Origin: a virus
Taxonomy: Duplodnaviria; Caudoviricetes
DNA length: 37,417 nucleotides
Direction: 5' to 3' (one strand)
IMG/VR virus record: IMGVR_UViG_3300045534_000124
Coordinates: 1-37,417 of that record
The number at the start of each line of letters is the position of its first letter. Position 1 is the first letter of the stretch. Positions 26,498-35,574 of the stretch are shown piece by piece. The notes under the pieces were generated by a model. It did not search any database. It worked only from the letters and a program-made list of their open reading frames with translations, and was not told where the DNA came from. The position numbers were made by a program, and so were the translations under genes.

Positions 26498-28414
26498 TTA
26501 GGCCTTGCGGAAGTTGACCACGGGAACGCCGTCTTTGGCGTGCAGCCCGGAGGGGGAGAAGAAGTCGAACCGGCCACGCAACGGGGGAAGCCCCAGCTTT
26601 TTGGCCTGCTCATCGGTGGCGGTGTGGTCGGAGTATTGGCGGCGAACGGTGGAACCGTCGGAAAGCTCAAGCTCCACCCAGTCGCCCCGCTTGATGCCGC
26701 TCGCCTTGAATTGCGCTTGGATGTCGGGAGAGATCGCCAGGCTGTTTTCGTCGAGCGTGTTGTTCCACCCGCCCACGCGGTTCATGGAGGCGTTGTCCTT
26801 CCACGGATCGGCTTTGTAGCCGTAGCTCGTGACTTTCCATTCCGGAGCCGGAGCGCTCGCGTCTGAAAGTGGTTTGCCTTCGAGGATCTTCTTGGCGTCC
26901 TGGAGTGTTTTGCGGACTTCCTGCGGCGGTTTGTAGGTGCTCTCGGGCGAGCTCAGAAACTTGGCCGCGGCGCTGGCCGGGGCGTCTTTGCTGAGCCGGT
27001 CCTTGAACCAGTTGTTGATTTCCACCTGCCCCCATTCGGGATGCCGCTTGAGCAAGGCTTCCCCTTCCTGCCTGATCTGGAGGGACTTCTCGTAGGCTTT
27101 TTCGTTGAGAGCCCGTTCGGCGGCGTCCTTCTCCCTGGGGCTCTTCTTCAGGCCGAACAGGGTGAAATCGCTGGTGGGTGGAACCTTTGTAGCCAATTTT
27201 GGGTTAAACTCCCCAAAAACCTGCGCCACAAGGGCTTGATCCGCCAAATCGCCGAGCACGCTCTTTGCGCTGGCGTTGACCGGCCCGGAGCGTCCCCGGC
27301 TCTTTTTCTCCAACTCCGAGAGGAGCCCGGAGCGGTAATCGCTGCGCATGGTGAGCACGTTGCTCATGATGTTGAAGCGCTCTTCGCCGGTGGTGTCCTT
27401 GGCTGGGTCATACGTCTCAATGGCCCGTTGGATGGTGTAGTATTGCTCGAAGCTCGGGGGAGCCGATGCCGTGGCGCGGTCCTCCAGCTTGGCGAAGTAG
27501 TTGGAGAGCTTCTGCTCTGCGGCGGCGTCCATGGACGGCCCAAAGAACTCCTTGGCGTCGTCCATCGTGGTGATCCGGCCCCCGTCGATCAGGTCGATGG
27601 TCTCGCCGAATTTGTCGCTGCGCAGGGCGTTGGTCTTCGCCGTGGCCCGCTCCTGGAGTCGCACCCGCTGGATCTGGGGGAGCTCGGCATATTTGTCGGG
27701 ATCTTGAAGCGCTTGGCTGGCTGCCACGGGGTCGGCCTCGATGTCCGCCTGGGCTTGGTTGAACTGCACTAGCTTTTTGGCGTGCAACTTCATGCCGTCG
27801 GCTTGGGTGTCCCACAGCAACCCTTTTTTTAGCATCGCGTCCACGGTCCCGGCTGCCCCTTCGGCGTCCCCGGCGTCGATTTGCGTTTCGTAAAGCTGGG
27901 TGTGCGCCTTTGCTGACCGCTCAAAACTTTTGCTGGCCGCGAACATCGTCAGGCTATTGGTCTTCTCGCTGCCAAAGCTGACGGCATAGCGCTGGATGGC
28001 GGCTTTTGCGTCGTTGGAAAGCGATTTGTCTCCCAAAATGGCCTTGGTTTTAACGTCAAGCGACTTTTGCCACAGGGGAACGATTTCGTTCGGGTCGGAG
28101 CCGGGGGTGATCTGGCTTTGGTAGGCGGCGAAATGGTCGTTGAGCCCAGCCTGCGCGCCGATGATTGCGGCGTCGTTGTCGGCCTGCGCTTTCTGGGACG
28201 CGATGCGATCGAGCACCCCGCCCACTTGCTGGACCCCGGTTGCCAAGGATTTCATCCCGCGCGCGGCGCCGTCGAACGCGCCTTGGGCGATGCCCTCTTG
28301 GCGCATCATTCCGGCGGCTTGCATGAAGTTGACGCCCCGCCCCGCGGCTTCGCCGGTGGGCATGGCTGCGCCCTGGGGGGCGTTTGGGATCGCTGCGATG
28401 GGGATGCGGGGCAT
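26498..28414 (-). CDS. Internal virion protein (gp15 position) with C-terminal 3D/double-psi-barrel-like muralytic domain
   Basis: MPRIP start, helical body, C-terminal VTSYG..LAISPD..GDWVEL..SDHT..GRFDFF. Confidence 0.75.
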   Translation of the reverse strand: MPRIPIAAIPNAPQGAAMPTGEAAGRGVNFMQAAGMMRQEGIAQGAFDGAARGMKSLATGVQQVGGVLDRIASQKAQADNDAAIIGAQAGLNDHFAAYQSQITPGSDPNEIVPLWQKSLDVKTKAILGDKSLSNDAKAAIQRYAVSFGSEKTNSLTMFAASKSFERSAKAHTQLYETQIDAGDAEGAAGTVDAMLKKGLLWDTQADGMKLHAKKLVQFNQAQADIEADPVAASQALQDPDKYAELPQIQRVRLQERATAKTNALRSDKFGETIDLIDGGRITTMDDAKEFFGPSMDAAAEQKLSNYFAKLEDRATASAPPSFEQYYTIQRAIETYDPAKDTTGEERFNIMSNVLTMRSDYRSGLLSELEKKSRGRSGPVNASAKSVLGDLADQALVAQVFGEFNPKLATKVPPTSDFTLFGLKKSPREKDAAERALNEKAYEKSLQIRQEGEALLKRHPEWGQVEINNWFKDRLSKDAPASAAAKFLSSPESTYKPPQEVRKTLQDAKKILEGKPLSDASAPAPEWKVTSYGYKADPWKDNASMNRVGGWNNTLDENSLAISPDIQAQFKASGIKRGDWVELELSDGSTVRRQYSDHTATDEQAKKLGLPPLRGRFDFFSPSGLHAKDGVPVVNFRKA

Positions 28415-28420
28415 GTGGGG

Positions 28421-29194
28421 TTACGGTTTGATCTTTTTGCTCTTGAACGCGCCTTTGTCGTAAGCCGTGGAAAACCGGTCACCCGCCGTGGCTGCGCCGG
28501 AGAGCAACGAGCCGTAGCCTTCCATGCGGTAGCCTTGCGCGGTGGCGCGGCCTGAGGCCTCGGTGATGTTGGCTTGGCTCAGCCCGATGCGTCTGCCTGC
28601 CTCGGCTGCCCGGTAGTTGAGATCCTGCGTGTAAGCGTCATCGAGCAGCCCGGCCCGGGCGAGCTCGCCTCGGCGGGTCAATGCCCGGTTTTCAAGGTCG
28701 GCCTTGTATTGCACGTCCTGATTCTGGAGCTCGAACAGGCCCGCCGTCTCGGCAAGTTGCGCCAGCGGGGTGCCGCTCATGACCACGCCCGCCTTGGCGT
28801 AGCTGGCCCGGGTGGTGGCGAGGGCGCGCCTTTTCTCTTCCTGCTGGCGCTGAATCTGCGCTTGCGCCTCCCGGGTGCGTTGGACCGCCTCGTTGTCAAT
28901 CGCCTGCGTCTGGTTCTGCTGGGTCTGGATGGCCATTTGCGCGCTGAGCGCTTGGCGCTGCTGCATCCGGGCTTGCAGCTCGGCTTGCTGGCGCTGGACG
29001 GCGGCGTTGTAGGCGCCGATCCGTTCGCTGTTCTTGGCCTGCTGCTGAGACGAGTAGTAGGACATGCCAGCCCCGGCAAGGCCGGTGACCAAAGCGCCTG
29101 CGGCCAATACACCGGCGGTGATCCCGACTTGCTGTTGTTGCTCCTCAAAAGGCTGCCACTGGGCGGAGGTGGGTTGCTCTTGGCTGTGTTTCAT
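28421..29194 (-). CDS. Internal virion protein (gp14 position)
   Basis: G/A-rich hydrophobic segment, Q/A-rich coil, RASYAKAGVVMSGTPL. ATG 29194. Confidence 0.8.
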   Translation of the reverse strand: MKHSQEQPTSAQWQPFEEQQQQVGITAGVLAAGALVTGLAGAGMSYYSSQQQAKNSERIGAYNAAVQRQQAELQARMQQRQALSAQMAIQTQQNQTQAIDNEAVQRTREAQAQIQRQQEEKRRALATTRASYAKAGVVMSGTPLAQLAETAGLFELQNQDVQYKADLENRALTRRGELARAGLLDDAYTQDLNYRAAEAGRRIGLSQANITEASGRATAQGYRMEGYGSLLSGAATAGDRFSTAYDKGAFKSKKIKP

Positions 29195-29613
29195 GAGCGG
29201 GCGAAAAGGGTAAGGTGCGTGATTCCGCTGTCGTTGTTGTGAAACCCGAATTTCTCGAAAGCCCGGATCAGGCCCGCGTTCTTGAGCGCCGCCAGGATGA
29301 CGCCGTAATCGTTCTCCAGAGCGACTTCCCGGAGCGCCCCGAGCAGGTGATTGATTGCGCGCAGGCTTTCCCGCGGCGAGTTGGCCGGGTTTGTGACCGT
29401 CCATTCCAGCATCGCGACGCCCACGGAGTTGTCCATGTAAAGCCAGGCGGCGGCTTTCGGCACGTCGTCCAGCTCCACGATGCACCCGAGCTTTGGGAGC
29501 ATGTCCCTAGGGACGGCGGGCCAGTCGTGTGCGGCCCACCATTCGCAGACCATGGGATAATCGGCCTCGAGCTCGATCATCCGGGCAACGTAGGGTTTAA
29601 TCTCCGATGACAT
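29191..29613 (-). CDS. gp13-position GNAT-like protein
   Basis: Lies between nozzle and gp14. AAAWLY..EW.VTNP..GLIRAFEKFGF resembles a GNAT C-terminal motif. Confidence 0.72.
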   Translation of the reverse strand: MSSEIKPYVARMIELEADYPMVCEWWAAHDWPAVPRDMLPKLGCIVELDDVPKAAAWLYMDNSVGVAMLEWTVTNPANSPRESLRAINHLLGALREVALENDYGVILAALKNAGLIRAFEKFGFHNNDSGITHLTLFARS

Positions 29614-31888
29614 CATATTTGGGGATGAGTGCCAGGATCGTGAGCGGGAGCGGCTGGGTTTGCCGGATCTGGATGGTGCCCTTGTCTTCGTAAGGCCGGG
29701 CGACCATCACAGTCTTGTCCCCGGTGAACACGGGCGGGCTGCTGCCCATGGTGTCGGCGGTGTCGCGGCTGTAAATGGGATCCCACGCGCCTTCCTCCAC
29801 TTCCACCTCGCCGCCGAGGCTCTTGTAGATCCGCACCACCATGCGATTGACCCGGAACTTGCGGCCCTGCGCGCTGCCGTCGGGGAGCTGGCCCGGATCC
29901 AGCGGCATGGGCTTGAGTGTGCTGGTGTAGGGCAGCCCGACCGTGACCACGCTGGCCGGGTAAGGGAGTGTGATCTGGCCCAGCGCGCTCACCGTTTGCG
30001 GCGGGACCACCGCGCCGTCAGCCAGGATGCTCACGGTTTTGCCGATGAGATGGATAAGCCCGTTCACCGGAGTGGTGGTGGAAACGCTGGTGAACGTCTT
30101 CCCGGAATCCACATAGAACCAATTGTCCTTGGTCTCCGCCTCCAGCGTCTCCCTATAGGCCGGGTCCATGCGTTCGATGTAACGGGCGGTGACCCCGTTG
30201 ACGGTGCGCCGGATCGAGCACCACACCTCATCGCCGCCCGTGCCCTGCCCGTAGATCGTGGCCACGCTCTCAAAAACGCCGTCGGTCGTGTGGCGATGCC
30301 AGCCCACCACGTTTTGCCCGCGTTCGTAGGTCATCCCGGCGAGGATGCCGTCGCCGGTCACCACCCAGAGAATCGCGTCGGCCTGCGATTGGAAAGCGAT
30401 CTGCGTGATCCCGCCGCTGGTGACATGATCGGCCAGCAACGTGAGATCCGCCGACACGTAACCGTCTTTCTCGAACTGGAAAACGAACTCCCGGACCTTG
30501 CGCCCCTGCCTTTGAATGAAGAGCGTGACTTCGTTTGCGAGCAGCGCCCGGCTGTATTTGCTGCCGAAATGGCTCTGGGGCCGGATGTGGATGCTGGACG
30601 GGGTGATTGCCGCGTCGGCGCTGTTGGCTGACACGATGTATTCGTAGCCGGCCGTGCCGACGCAGAGAACCTGCTGGCTCACCATCCAATTGATGGCGTT
30701 GGATTCGCTGCTGGCGATGGTGAATGCGAGCGCGCTGTCGTCGTAGGTTCCGGCGCGAAACGTCTCGAAATCGTTGATCCGGCTGCCCCAGATGGTCTGC
30801 GGCTCGGCGGTGTTACCCCCGAAGAAAAGCCGCTGCTCGTGCATCGCCACCGTGCGCGGGAATCCTCGGCGCGGGCTCCAGCTGCCTTCGGACCAAAACT
30901 CCGTGGCCGTGGCGGCGAACATGTCTTTAATGACTGTGCCGGTGACCACCGTGGGGCTGGTGTAACCCGTGACCTTCACCACGCCGTAAACGCCCGAGTC
31001 TTGCGCTTCGATGTAGGCCCGGGTGGTGGCCGCTCCCACGGACCAGTCCGTGACATTGATGCGCAACTCGCACTCGGTTGCCTCGTCTCCGCTGCTTGAA
31101 ATGTTGCGGTCAGATGTGCCGCGAAAGGTGCGAATCGTCTCCCACGGGCCGCTCCCGTAACGCCGCTGGATGTTGAGTGTCGCGGTCCATGTGCCGTAGG
31201 TGCGGAAATCCCACGGGCCAATCACCCGCAGCGAACCGCTCACCCCGGTGGATGAAATCGCCCGTTCCACGTAGGCGGTAGTGCGTTTGTGGACGACCTG
31301 GTAATAACCGCCCACGTCGCCGGGATCGAACACGGCGGCGGATGCGGTGAGCGTGATCCCGCTGCCCGTGGTGGCGCTCGGGGTGATGGTCGTTGCCGTG
31401 ATGTTCTCGTCGCGGAACGCGGGATAATCCCATGCCACCGGCGCCAGGGTCCAATTCGTGTCCGAGATACGGGAGAGCTTTTGCACCGGGTGACTCGGGT
31501 GCGCCAGATACATCACATCGTTGATCTGCACATACTGGACATCTTGAAGCTGCGCCTCCAGATACGGGCTTGCGACGTTCAACGGCACCCCGGGCGCGCT
31601 CTCGACCTGCACCCCGTTGCTCCAAAACCGCACGTAGAGATCCCCGAGCTCGAGGATGAAGTTTGTGGTGGTCGAAAAGTTGAACCCGATCAGGCGGCAT
31701 TTTTTGTCCGCATACCGGGCGGCTCCGATGTGTTGGAACCCGGGCCGCCGGTTGACGCCCCCGTAGGGCATGATGACGAAATTTTCCAGCGTCCGGCAGG
31801 CGCTCGCGTATTTCTCCAGGTCGGGCCGGGACTCAAGCCGCGGGGAAAGTTCGCCCGCGTTGAAACTGGGGATGAGTTGAACGGGCAT
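29597..31888 (-). CDS. Tail tubular protein B (nozzle)
   Basis: SFNAGELSPRL..GGVNRRPG..EQRLFFGG..VGWHRH..YVDSG..VGLPY. Confidence 0.93.
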   Translation of the reverse strand: MPVQLIPSFNAGELSPRLESRPDLEKYASACRTLENFVIMPYGGVNRRPGFQHIGAARYADKKCRLIGFNFSTTTNFILELGDLYVRFWSNGVQVESAPGVPLNVASPYLEAQLQDVQYVQINDVMYLAHPSHPVQKLSRISDTNWTLAPVAWDYPAFRDENITATTITPSATTGSGITLTASAAVFDPGDVGGYYQVVHKRTTAYVERAISSTGVSGSLRVIGPWDFRTYGTWTATLNIQRRYGSGPWETIRTFRGTSDRNISSSGDEATECELRINVTDWSVGAATTRAYIEAQDSGVYGVVKVTGYTSPTVVTGTVIKDMFAATATEFWSEGSWSPRRGFPRTVAMHEQRLFFGGNTAEPQTIWGSRINDFETFRAGTYDDSALAFTIASSESNAINWMVSQQVLCVGTAGYEYIVSANSADAAITPSSIHIRPQSHFGSKYSRALLANEVTLFIQRQGRKVREFVFQFEKDGYVSADLTLLADHVTSGGITQIAFQSQADAILWVVTGDGILAGMTYERGQNVVGWHRHTTDGVFESVATIYGQGTGGDEVWCSIRRTVNGVTARYIERMDPAYRETLEAETKDNWFYVDSGKTFTSVSTTTPVNGLIHLIGKTVSILADGAVVPPQTVSALGQITLPYPASVVTVGLPYTSTLKPMPLDPGQLPDGSAQGRKFRVNRMVVRIYKSLGGEVEVEEGAWDPIYSRDTADTMGSSPPVFTGDKTVMVARPYEDKGTIQIRQTQPLPLTILALIPKYDVIGD

Positions 31889-31889
31889 G

Positions 31890-32492
31890 TTATCCGATGT
31901 CGCTGACAAACCGGGCGTTCACCAAATCGCTCTCCACCCATGCGGCCTTGCGTTTAGGCCGGTCCTCCTTGGCGTCCTGAGCGGCGGCGAGGTTTTTGAG
32001 CATCCCCTCAAACTCTTGCATGAGCTCGGCGGCTTGGGATCGGCTGCCCGTCAGCGGGGTCACGATGTCGCTGGCGATCTTGATGGAGAGCGCCTTGATG
32101 AAAAGCGGGTCGAACAGGTTCGCGTCCTCCACACGCGCGGTGTAGAGGATGTTCGCTGTGTCCTGGTCGGTGAGAAGCTTCCCCTGCTCCACCACGTAAG
32201 GCGGGCGAATCTGCCGGTCCTCGAATGCGTTGAGCTGGAGCACCCGGAGGCAGTCCGTCGGGAGCTGGTATTGATACCCCCAGCCGAACGCGGGAGCGGC
32301 TGCGAGTTGTGAAAGGGTCGCCCGTTGGGTGGCGAAATTCCAAGCGTGGGATCGAAGCACTTCGTCCCGGCCTTGCGCGTAGAACAATTTGCAATACCGG
32401 GCGGGCTGTGTCGCGTCGTCCAGTGCCATGATGCGGATGGATCCGATCTTTCCCAGCGCCAGATTGCAGATTGTGGTTTCGTCGGAGGCCAT
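31890..32492 (-). CDS. Tail tubular protein A (adaptor)
   Basis: ICNLALGKIG..LRSHAWNFA..YQLPTDCLRV..FDPLF. Confidence 0.92.
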   Translation of the reverse strand: MASDETTICNLALGKIGSIRIMALDDATQPARYCKLFYAQGRDEVLRSHAWNFATQRATLSQLAAAPAFGWGYQYQLPTDCLRVLQLNAFEDRQIRPPYVVEQGKLLTDQDTANILYTARVEDANLFDPLFIKALSIKIASDIVTPLTGSRSQAAELMQEFEGMLKNLAAAQDAKEDRPKRKAAWVESDLVNARFVSDIG

Positions 32493-32516
32493 AAAACGAG
32501 CGGGGTGCAACTCTGC

Positions 32517-32554
32517 GGAAAGAGCCCCCACCCGGTTGCACAGGTGGAGGCTCT
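32517..32554 (-). terminator. Hairpin after capsid genes, probable weak terminator
   Basis: AGAGCCTCCACCTG-TGCAAC-CGGGTGGGGGCTCT followed by only a short T tract. Confidence 0.55.
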
Positions 32555-32574
32555 GATTGTTTCAACCGCGCCCG

Positions 32575-33036
32575 TTAGGGAGCGATGTAGGTCAACCGGA
32601 CCCGGATCAGCTTGCCGGCCGTGACGGTGCCGGAGCTGAGAGCGACTTTGGCTTTGATCACCTCGTTGCCTGCTGCGATGGCGTAAGGCGCGAGCGCGTT
32701 GGCTGCCGTGGGTGTCACTGCCGTGGTGGCCGCCGAGGTCAGCGAGATGGAGGTTGCGCTATAACGGTCGTCGTCGCCGTCGTCGCCCAGGGTGGCAAAC
32801 GCGGTGCCGGTGCCGCCGCAGGCTTCCGAGGACACGCGGCACTCTTCGGGGATCAGGACGGACCCGATCGGGAGAGTGGCGATGTGCACCAGGTCATTCG
32901 CCGCCCACGCTGCCGTGGTGGTGATGAGCGCGGAAACGTGGCGTTTCTGCCCGCTGGTGAGTGCGGAGTTGTTGTTGCGGCTCGAGAGCGCTCCCGATAC
33001 CGCGTTGGCTTGGATGTCGGAGTTAAATGAAGGCAT
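32575..33036 (-). CDS. Capsid decoration/cement-like protein
   Basis: 153 aa Ala/Thr-rich beta protein right after the MCP. Confidence 0.7.
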   Translation of the reverse strand: MPSFNSDIQANAVSGALSSRNNNSALTSGQKRHVSALITTTAAWAANDLVHIATLPIGSVLIPEECRVSSEACGGTGTAFATLGDDGDDDRYSATSISLTSAATTAVTPTAANALAPYAIAAGNEVIKAKVALSSGTVTAGKLIRVRLTYIAP

Positions 33037-33069
33037 GGTTCAAATGTCCTTTCGTTGGTTGTTCAGGGA

Positions 33070-33978
33070 TTAAGCCGGGGATTGATCGCAGGCGATGCTC
33101 ACGACCTTGGCTTCCTCCAACCGGGTTGCTCCCAGCCGGGCCACGCTGCGGATCTGGAGCGCGTGGTTTTGGGTCGGGAGGATGTCGGTGTAAACCTTGC
33201 GGCCTGCGTCCGTAAGAACCACGCCGCTCTTGGCGTAGGCGTAGCAGGTGCGCACGTCCGTCGAGGTGTTCAACGGCAACCGCTGGGAGCGGCGCCATTT
33301 GAAACCCATCCAGCGGTCAATCGTCCCGTCGATCAGCGCTTTGACGTTGGCGAAATCGGAGGATTTCACCTCGGCCACGTTGAGCAGGAGATCATCCAGC
33401 TGCTTTTGGCTGTAGACGAAGATCAGCTCCTCGTCTTCGTCCACGTCGTTCCGGCCAAAGAGGCTCTTGGCCTCGATGACTTTGGCCAGGGTCAGCCCGC
33501 TGTTGGCGGGAGAACCGGCGGCCACGAAGTTCACCGCCACGGCTTGAGCGGGGTTAAACGGGGTGGCTGTGACGCCGGTCGGGCCGCTGTAAGCATCGCC
33601 GCCCAGGGCGTCGATGATCACCTGGTCACAGGTGCGCATGTAGGCCATGGCGTGGTTGTTTATGAGCGGGCTCGTGGGCAGCGCGATCGTGCCGAGGAGA
33701 TCGTCGTCGAACTCGTCGAGCACGTCCACGGCGTCGTAGCCCTGCTCCCGAACCCAGCGCTTTGCGGTGCCGGTGTTCTGGGCGCTGGTTTGTTCGGCGC
33801 GGCCCGTGATGAGCCGCATCGAGGTCGCGGCCATTTGGTTGTAGGATTTCTCCTTGCCGCTGATGGTGTCCAGAGTGACGAACTCTTTGAGTCGGCTCTG
33901 CTTTTGCTGAACGAGATGATTCCAATTAGTCGAGAATTCCGTCGGAAAAAAATCCGGAATTGTGGTGATTGCAGCCAT
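33070..33978 (-). CDS. Major capsid protein
   Basis: EFSTNWNHLVQQKQSRL..R.CDQVIIDAL..SSDFANVKALIDG.I..WMGFKW..GATRLEEAKVV. Confidence 0.93.
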   Translation of the reverse strand: MAAITTIPDFFPTEFSTNWNHLVQQKQSRLKEFVTLDTISGKEKSYNQMAATSMRLITGRAEQTSAQNTGTAKRWVREQGYDAVDVLDEFDDDLLGTIALPTSPLINNHAMAYMRTCDQVIIDALGGDAYSGPTGVTATPFNPAQAVAVNFVAAGSPANSGLTLAKVIEAKSLFGRNDVDEDEELIFVYSQKQLDDLLLNVAEVKSSDFANVKALIDGTIDRWMGFKWRRSQRLPLNTSTDVRTCYAYAKSGVVLTDAGRKVYTDILPTQNHALQIRSVARLGATRLEEAKVVSIACDQSPA

Positions 33979-34012
33979 GAAACATTCCTCCTGTGGAGTG
34001 TGTGAGTTTGGG

Positions 34013-34100
34013 TTCCAGCGGCTAGGCGAGTGTCCCGAACGGGGTCGTCGTCGTCTGGTTTTTGATTGCCGCTGGAAGGCTCGGCGAGGAGGTGTCTTCC
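34013..34100 (-). ncRNA. Structured 5' leader of the capsid gene
   Basis: 10 bp stem TTCCAGCGGC/GCCGCTGGAA and two hairpins with the same ACAC/C internal loop. Confidence 0.5.
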
Positions 34101-34162
34101 GCTTGCGCTCTCAACCACTAGTAACCACTTTGCGCAGGCGCTAGCGGAAAATGAGAGACGCT

Positions 34163-34217
34163 CAAAAACGGTAAGGGCCCGACCAGCGCCAACCGCGCCG
34201 ATCGAGCCCCCACCGTT
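34163..34217 (-). terminator. Intrinsic terminator after scaffold gene
   Basis: Long hairpin AACGGTGGGGGCTCGATCGGCGC..GCGCTGGTCGGGCCCTTACCGTT followed by TTT. Confidence 0.7.
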
Positions 34218-34234
34218 GTACCACCAAGGATGTT

Positions 34235-35095
34235 TTACCCTCGTCGCATGAGGTCGCGCACCAACTGCACCGTCTCGGCGTCGCCGTCCTGATACTTCGC
34301 GTAAAGTGGGTTTGTCTTGTCGGTCATGATCGCGTTTGCGCGGATCTTCCCGGCCTGGAGCGACGGGGCGAAGTCACCCGTCACCAGCTTGTCCTCGCTC
34401 ATCATGCCGGCGAAACGGACCAGCGCTTGAACGACCTTCGGGTCTCGCAGCCCGTCGGTGTGCGGATCCAGCCCGACCGACTGCGCCACGCGCGCGGCAA
34501 GGCTGATGTTTTTGTCGAAGTTCGCGCCCCATGCGGTCTGCAGCTCCTGCTTTCCGCGCTCGAGCTCTGCACCGAGCATCCTTCCGACTTCCTCGGCTCG
34601 CATGGCCTCCTGGGATAGCTGGAGCGCCGCAAGCTCTTTCATGGCCGCCGCTGGAATGTGATGTTTGTGCGCGATTTCAGCGTAGGCTTTGCCGGTCGCG
34701 TCGTCCCAAGTCACGCCCTCGGGGAGTTTCTCTGGCTTGAGGTTGTAGCCGTCGGCGGTCTCGGGCACGCCCACGGCCTTGCGGAACGCGGCGATTTCCT
34801 CCGGTGTGCTCTTCTCGCCTGGGATGTTCACTGCGGAGCTCTTCTTTCCGAGCAACTGCTGGAGCTCGAAATGGGACTTGGCCAGCTCGGGAAGCCCCCG
34901 GTATTTGGCCAGCGTCTGCTTGGCCGGATCCAGCTCCCCGGGGAGGCGATCAAGCCAGCCGTCCGAAAAGTTGCCATCGTCGCCCACGTATCCCCGGGGG
35001 GCTGATGTCTGCGCCGATGCGGTGGGCGGGGCCACGGGGGCCGCTGCGGTGGTCTGAGGCGCTGCGGCCCCTGAATCAATAAGGGTGTCTGACAT
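34235..35095 (-). CDS. Capsid scaffolding protein
   Basis: A/P-rich N-terminus, GVPETADGY, LQTAWGANFD, located between portal and MCP. Confidence 0.87.
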   Translation of the reverse strand: MSDTLIDSGAAAPQTTAAAPVAPPTASAQTSAPRGYVGDDGNFSDGWLDRLPGELDPAKQTLAKYRGLPELAKSHFELQQLLGKKSSAVNIPGEKSTPEEIAAFRKAVGVPETADGYNLKPEKLPEGVTWDDATGKAYAEIAHKHHIPAAAMKELAALQLSQEAMRAEEVGRMLGAELERGKQELQTAWGANFDKNISLAARVAQSVGLDPHTDGLRDPKVVQALVRFAGMMSEDKLVTGDFAPSLQAGKIRANAIMTDKTNPLYAKYQDGDAETVQLVRDLMRRG

Positions 35096-35101
35096 GGTGG
35101 T

Positions 35102-35278
35102 TTAGTTGAGGTGGTGTTTGCGGGTTGAAAATCTGGCCGCGTATTCCTCGGGGTGATACTCCCGCAGCCATTCGACGTAGGCGGGCGTTTTGTCCCCGGC
35201 CTGCGGGTCCAACTCAGGCGCGGGCGGGATCGGCTCTGCGTCCTCGGCGGGTTTCTTGGTGGGCTTGCGCTGGCTCAT
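35102..35278 (-). CDS. Small hypothetical protein (58 aa)
   Basis: Manual translation MSQRKPTKKPAEDAEPIPPAPELDPQAGDKTPAYVEWLREYHPEEYAARFSTRKHHLN. ATGA-coupled. Confidence 0.75.
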   Translation of the reverse strand: MSQRKPTKKPAEDAEPIPPAPELDPQAGDKTPAYVEWLREYHPEEYAARFSTRKHHLN

Positions 35279-35574
35279 GATTTCTTCACCCGGGTCTTGG
35301 GTGTCTTGATATTCCCGTCGCCCACCGTGGGCGCCGCGAGAATGGTCTCGATGTGGAGTAAAACCTGCCGTTGCCCGTCCCGGATGGCCGCGTGGATCGG
35401 GTCATACTCGCAATGCCGCCCACGTTCCTGCGGGATAAAAGCGGGCATGTGCAGCCCGAACGCTTCGCGGATGTTCTCCAGAACGAGCTTCCCGTCTTCG
35501 GTGGCGAACAGGCGCCGGAACGCGTTCCCGATCCGCTGCGCTTGCTTGGCCTTTTCGAGAAGCGCTTCGCTCAT
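35275..35574 (-). CDS. Bbp19-like protein
   Basis: FRRLFATEDGKLVLE..DP..AIRDGQRQVLLHI, downstream of the portal. Confidence 0.8.
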   Translation of the reverse strand: MSEALLEKAKQAQRIGNAFRRLFATEDGKLVLENIREAFGLHMPAFIPQERGRHCEYDPIHAAIRDGQRQVLLHIETILAAPTVGDGNIKTPKTRVKKS

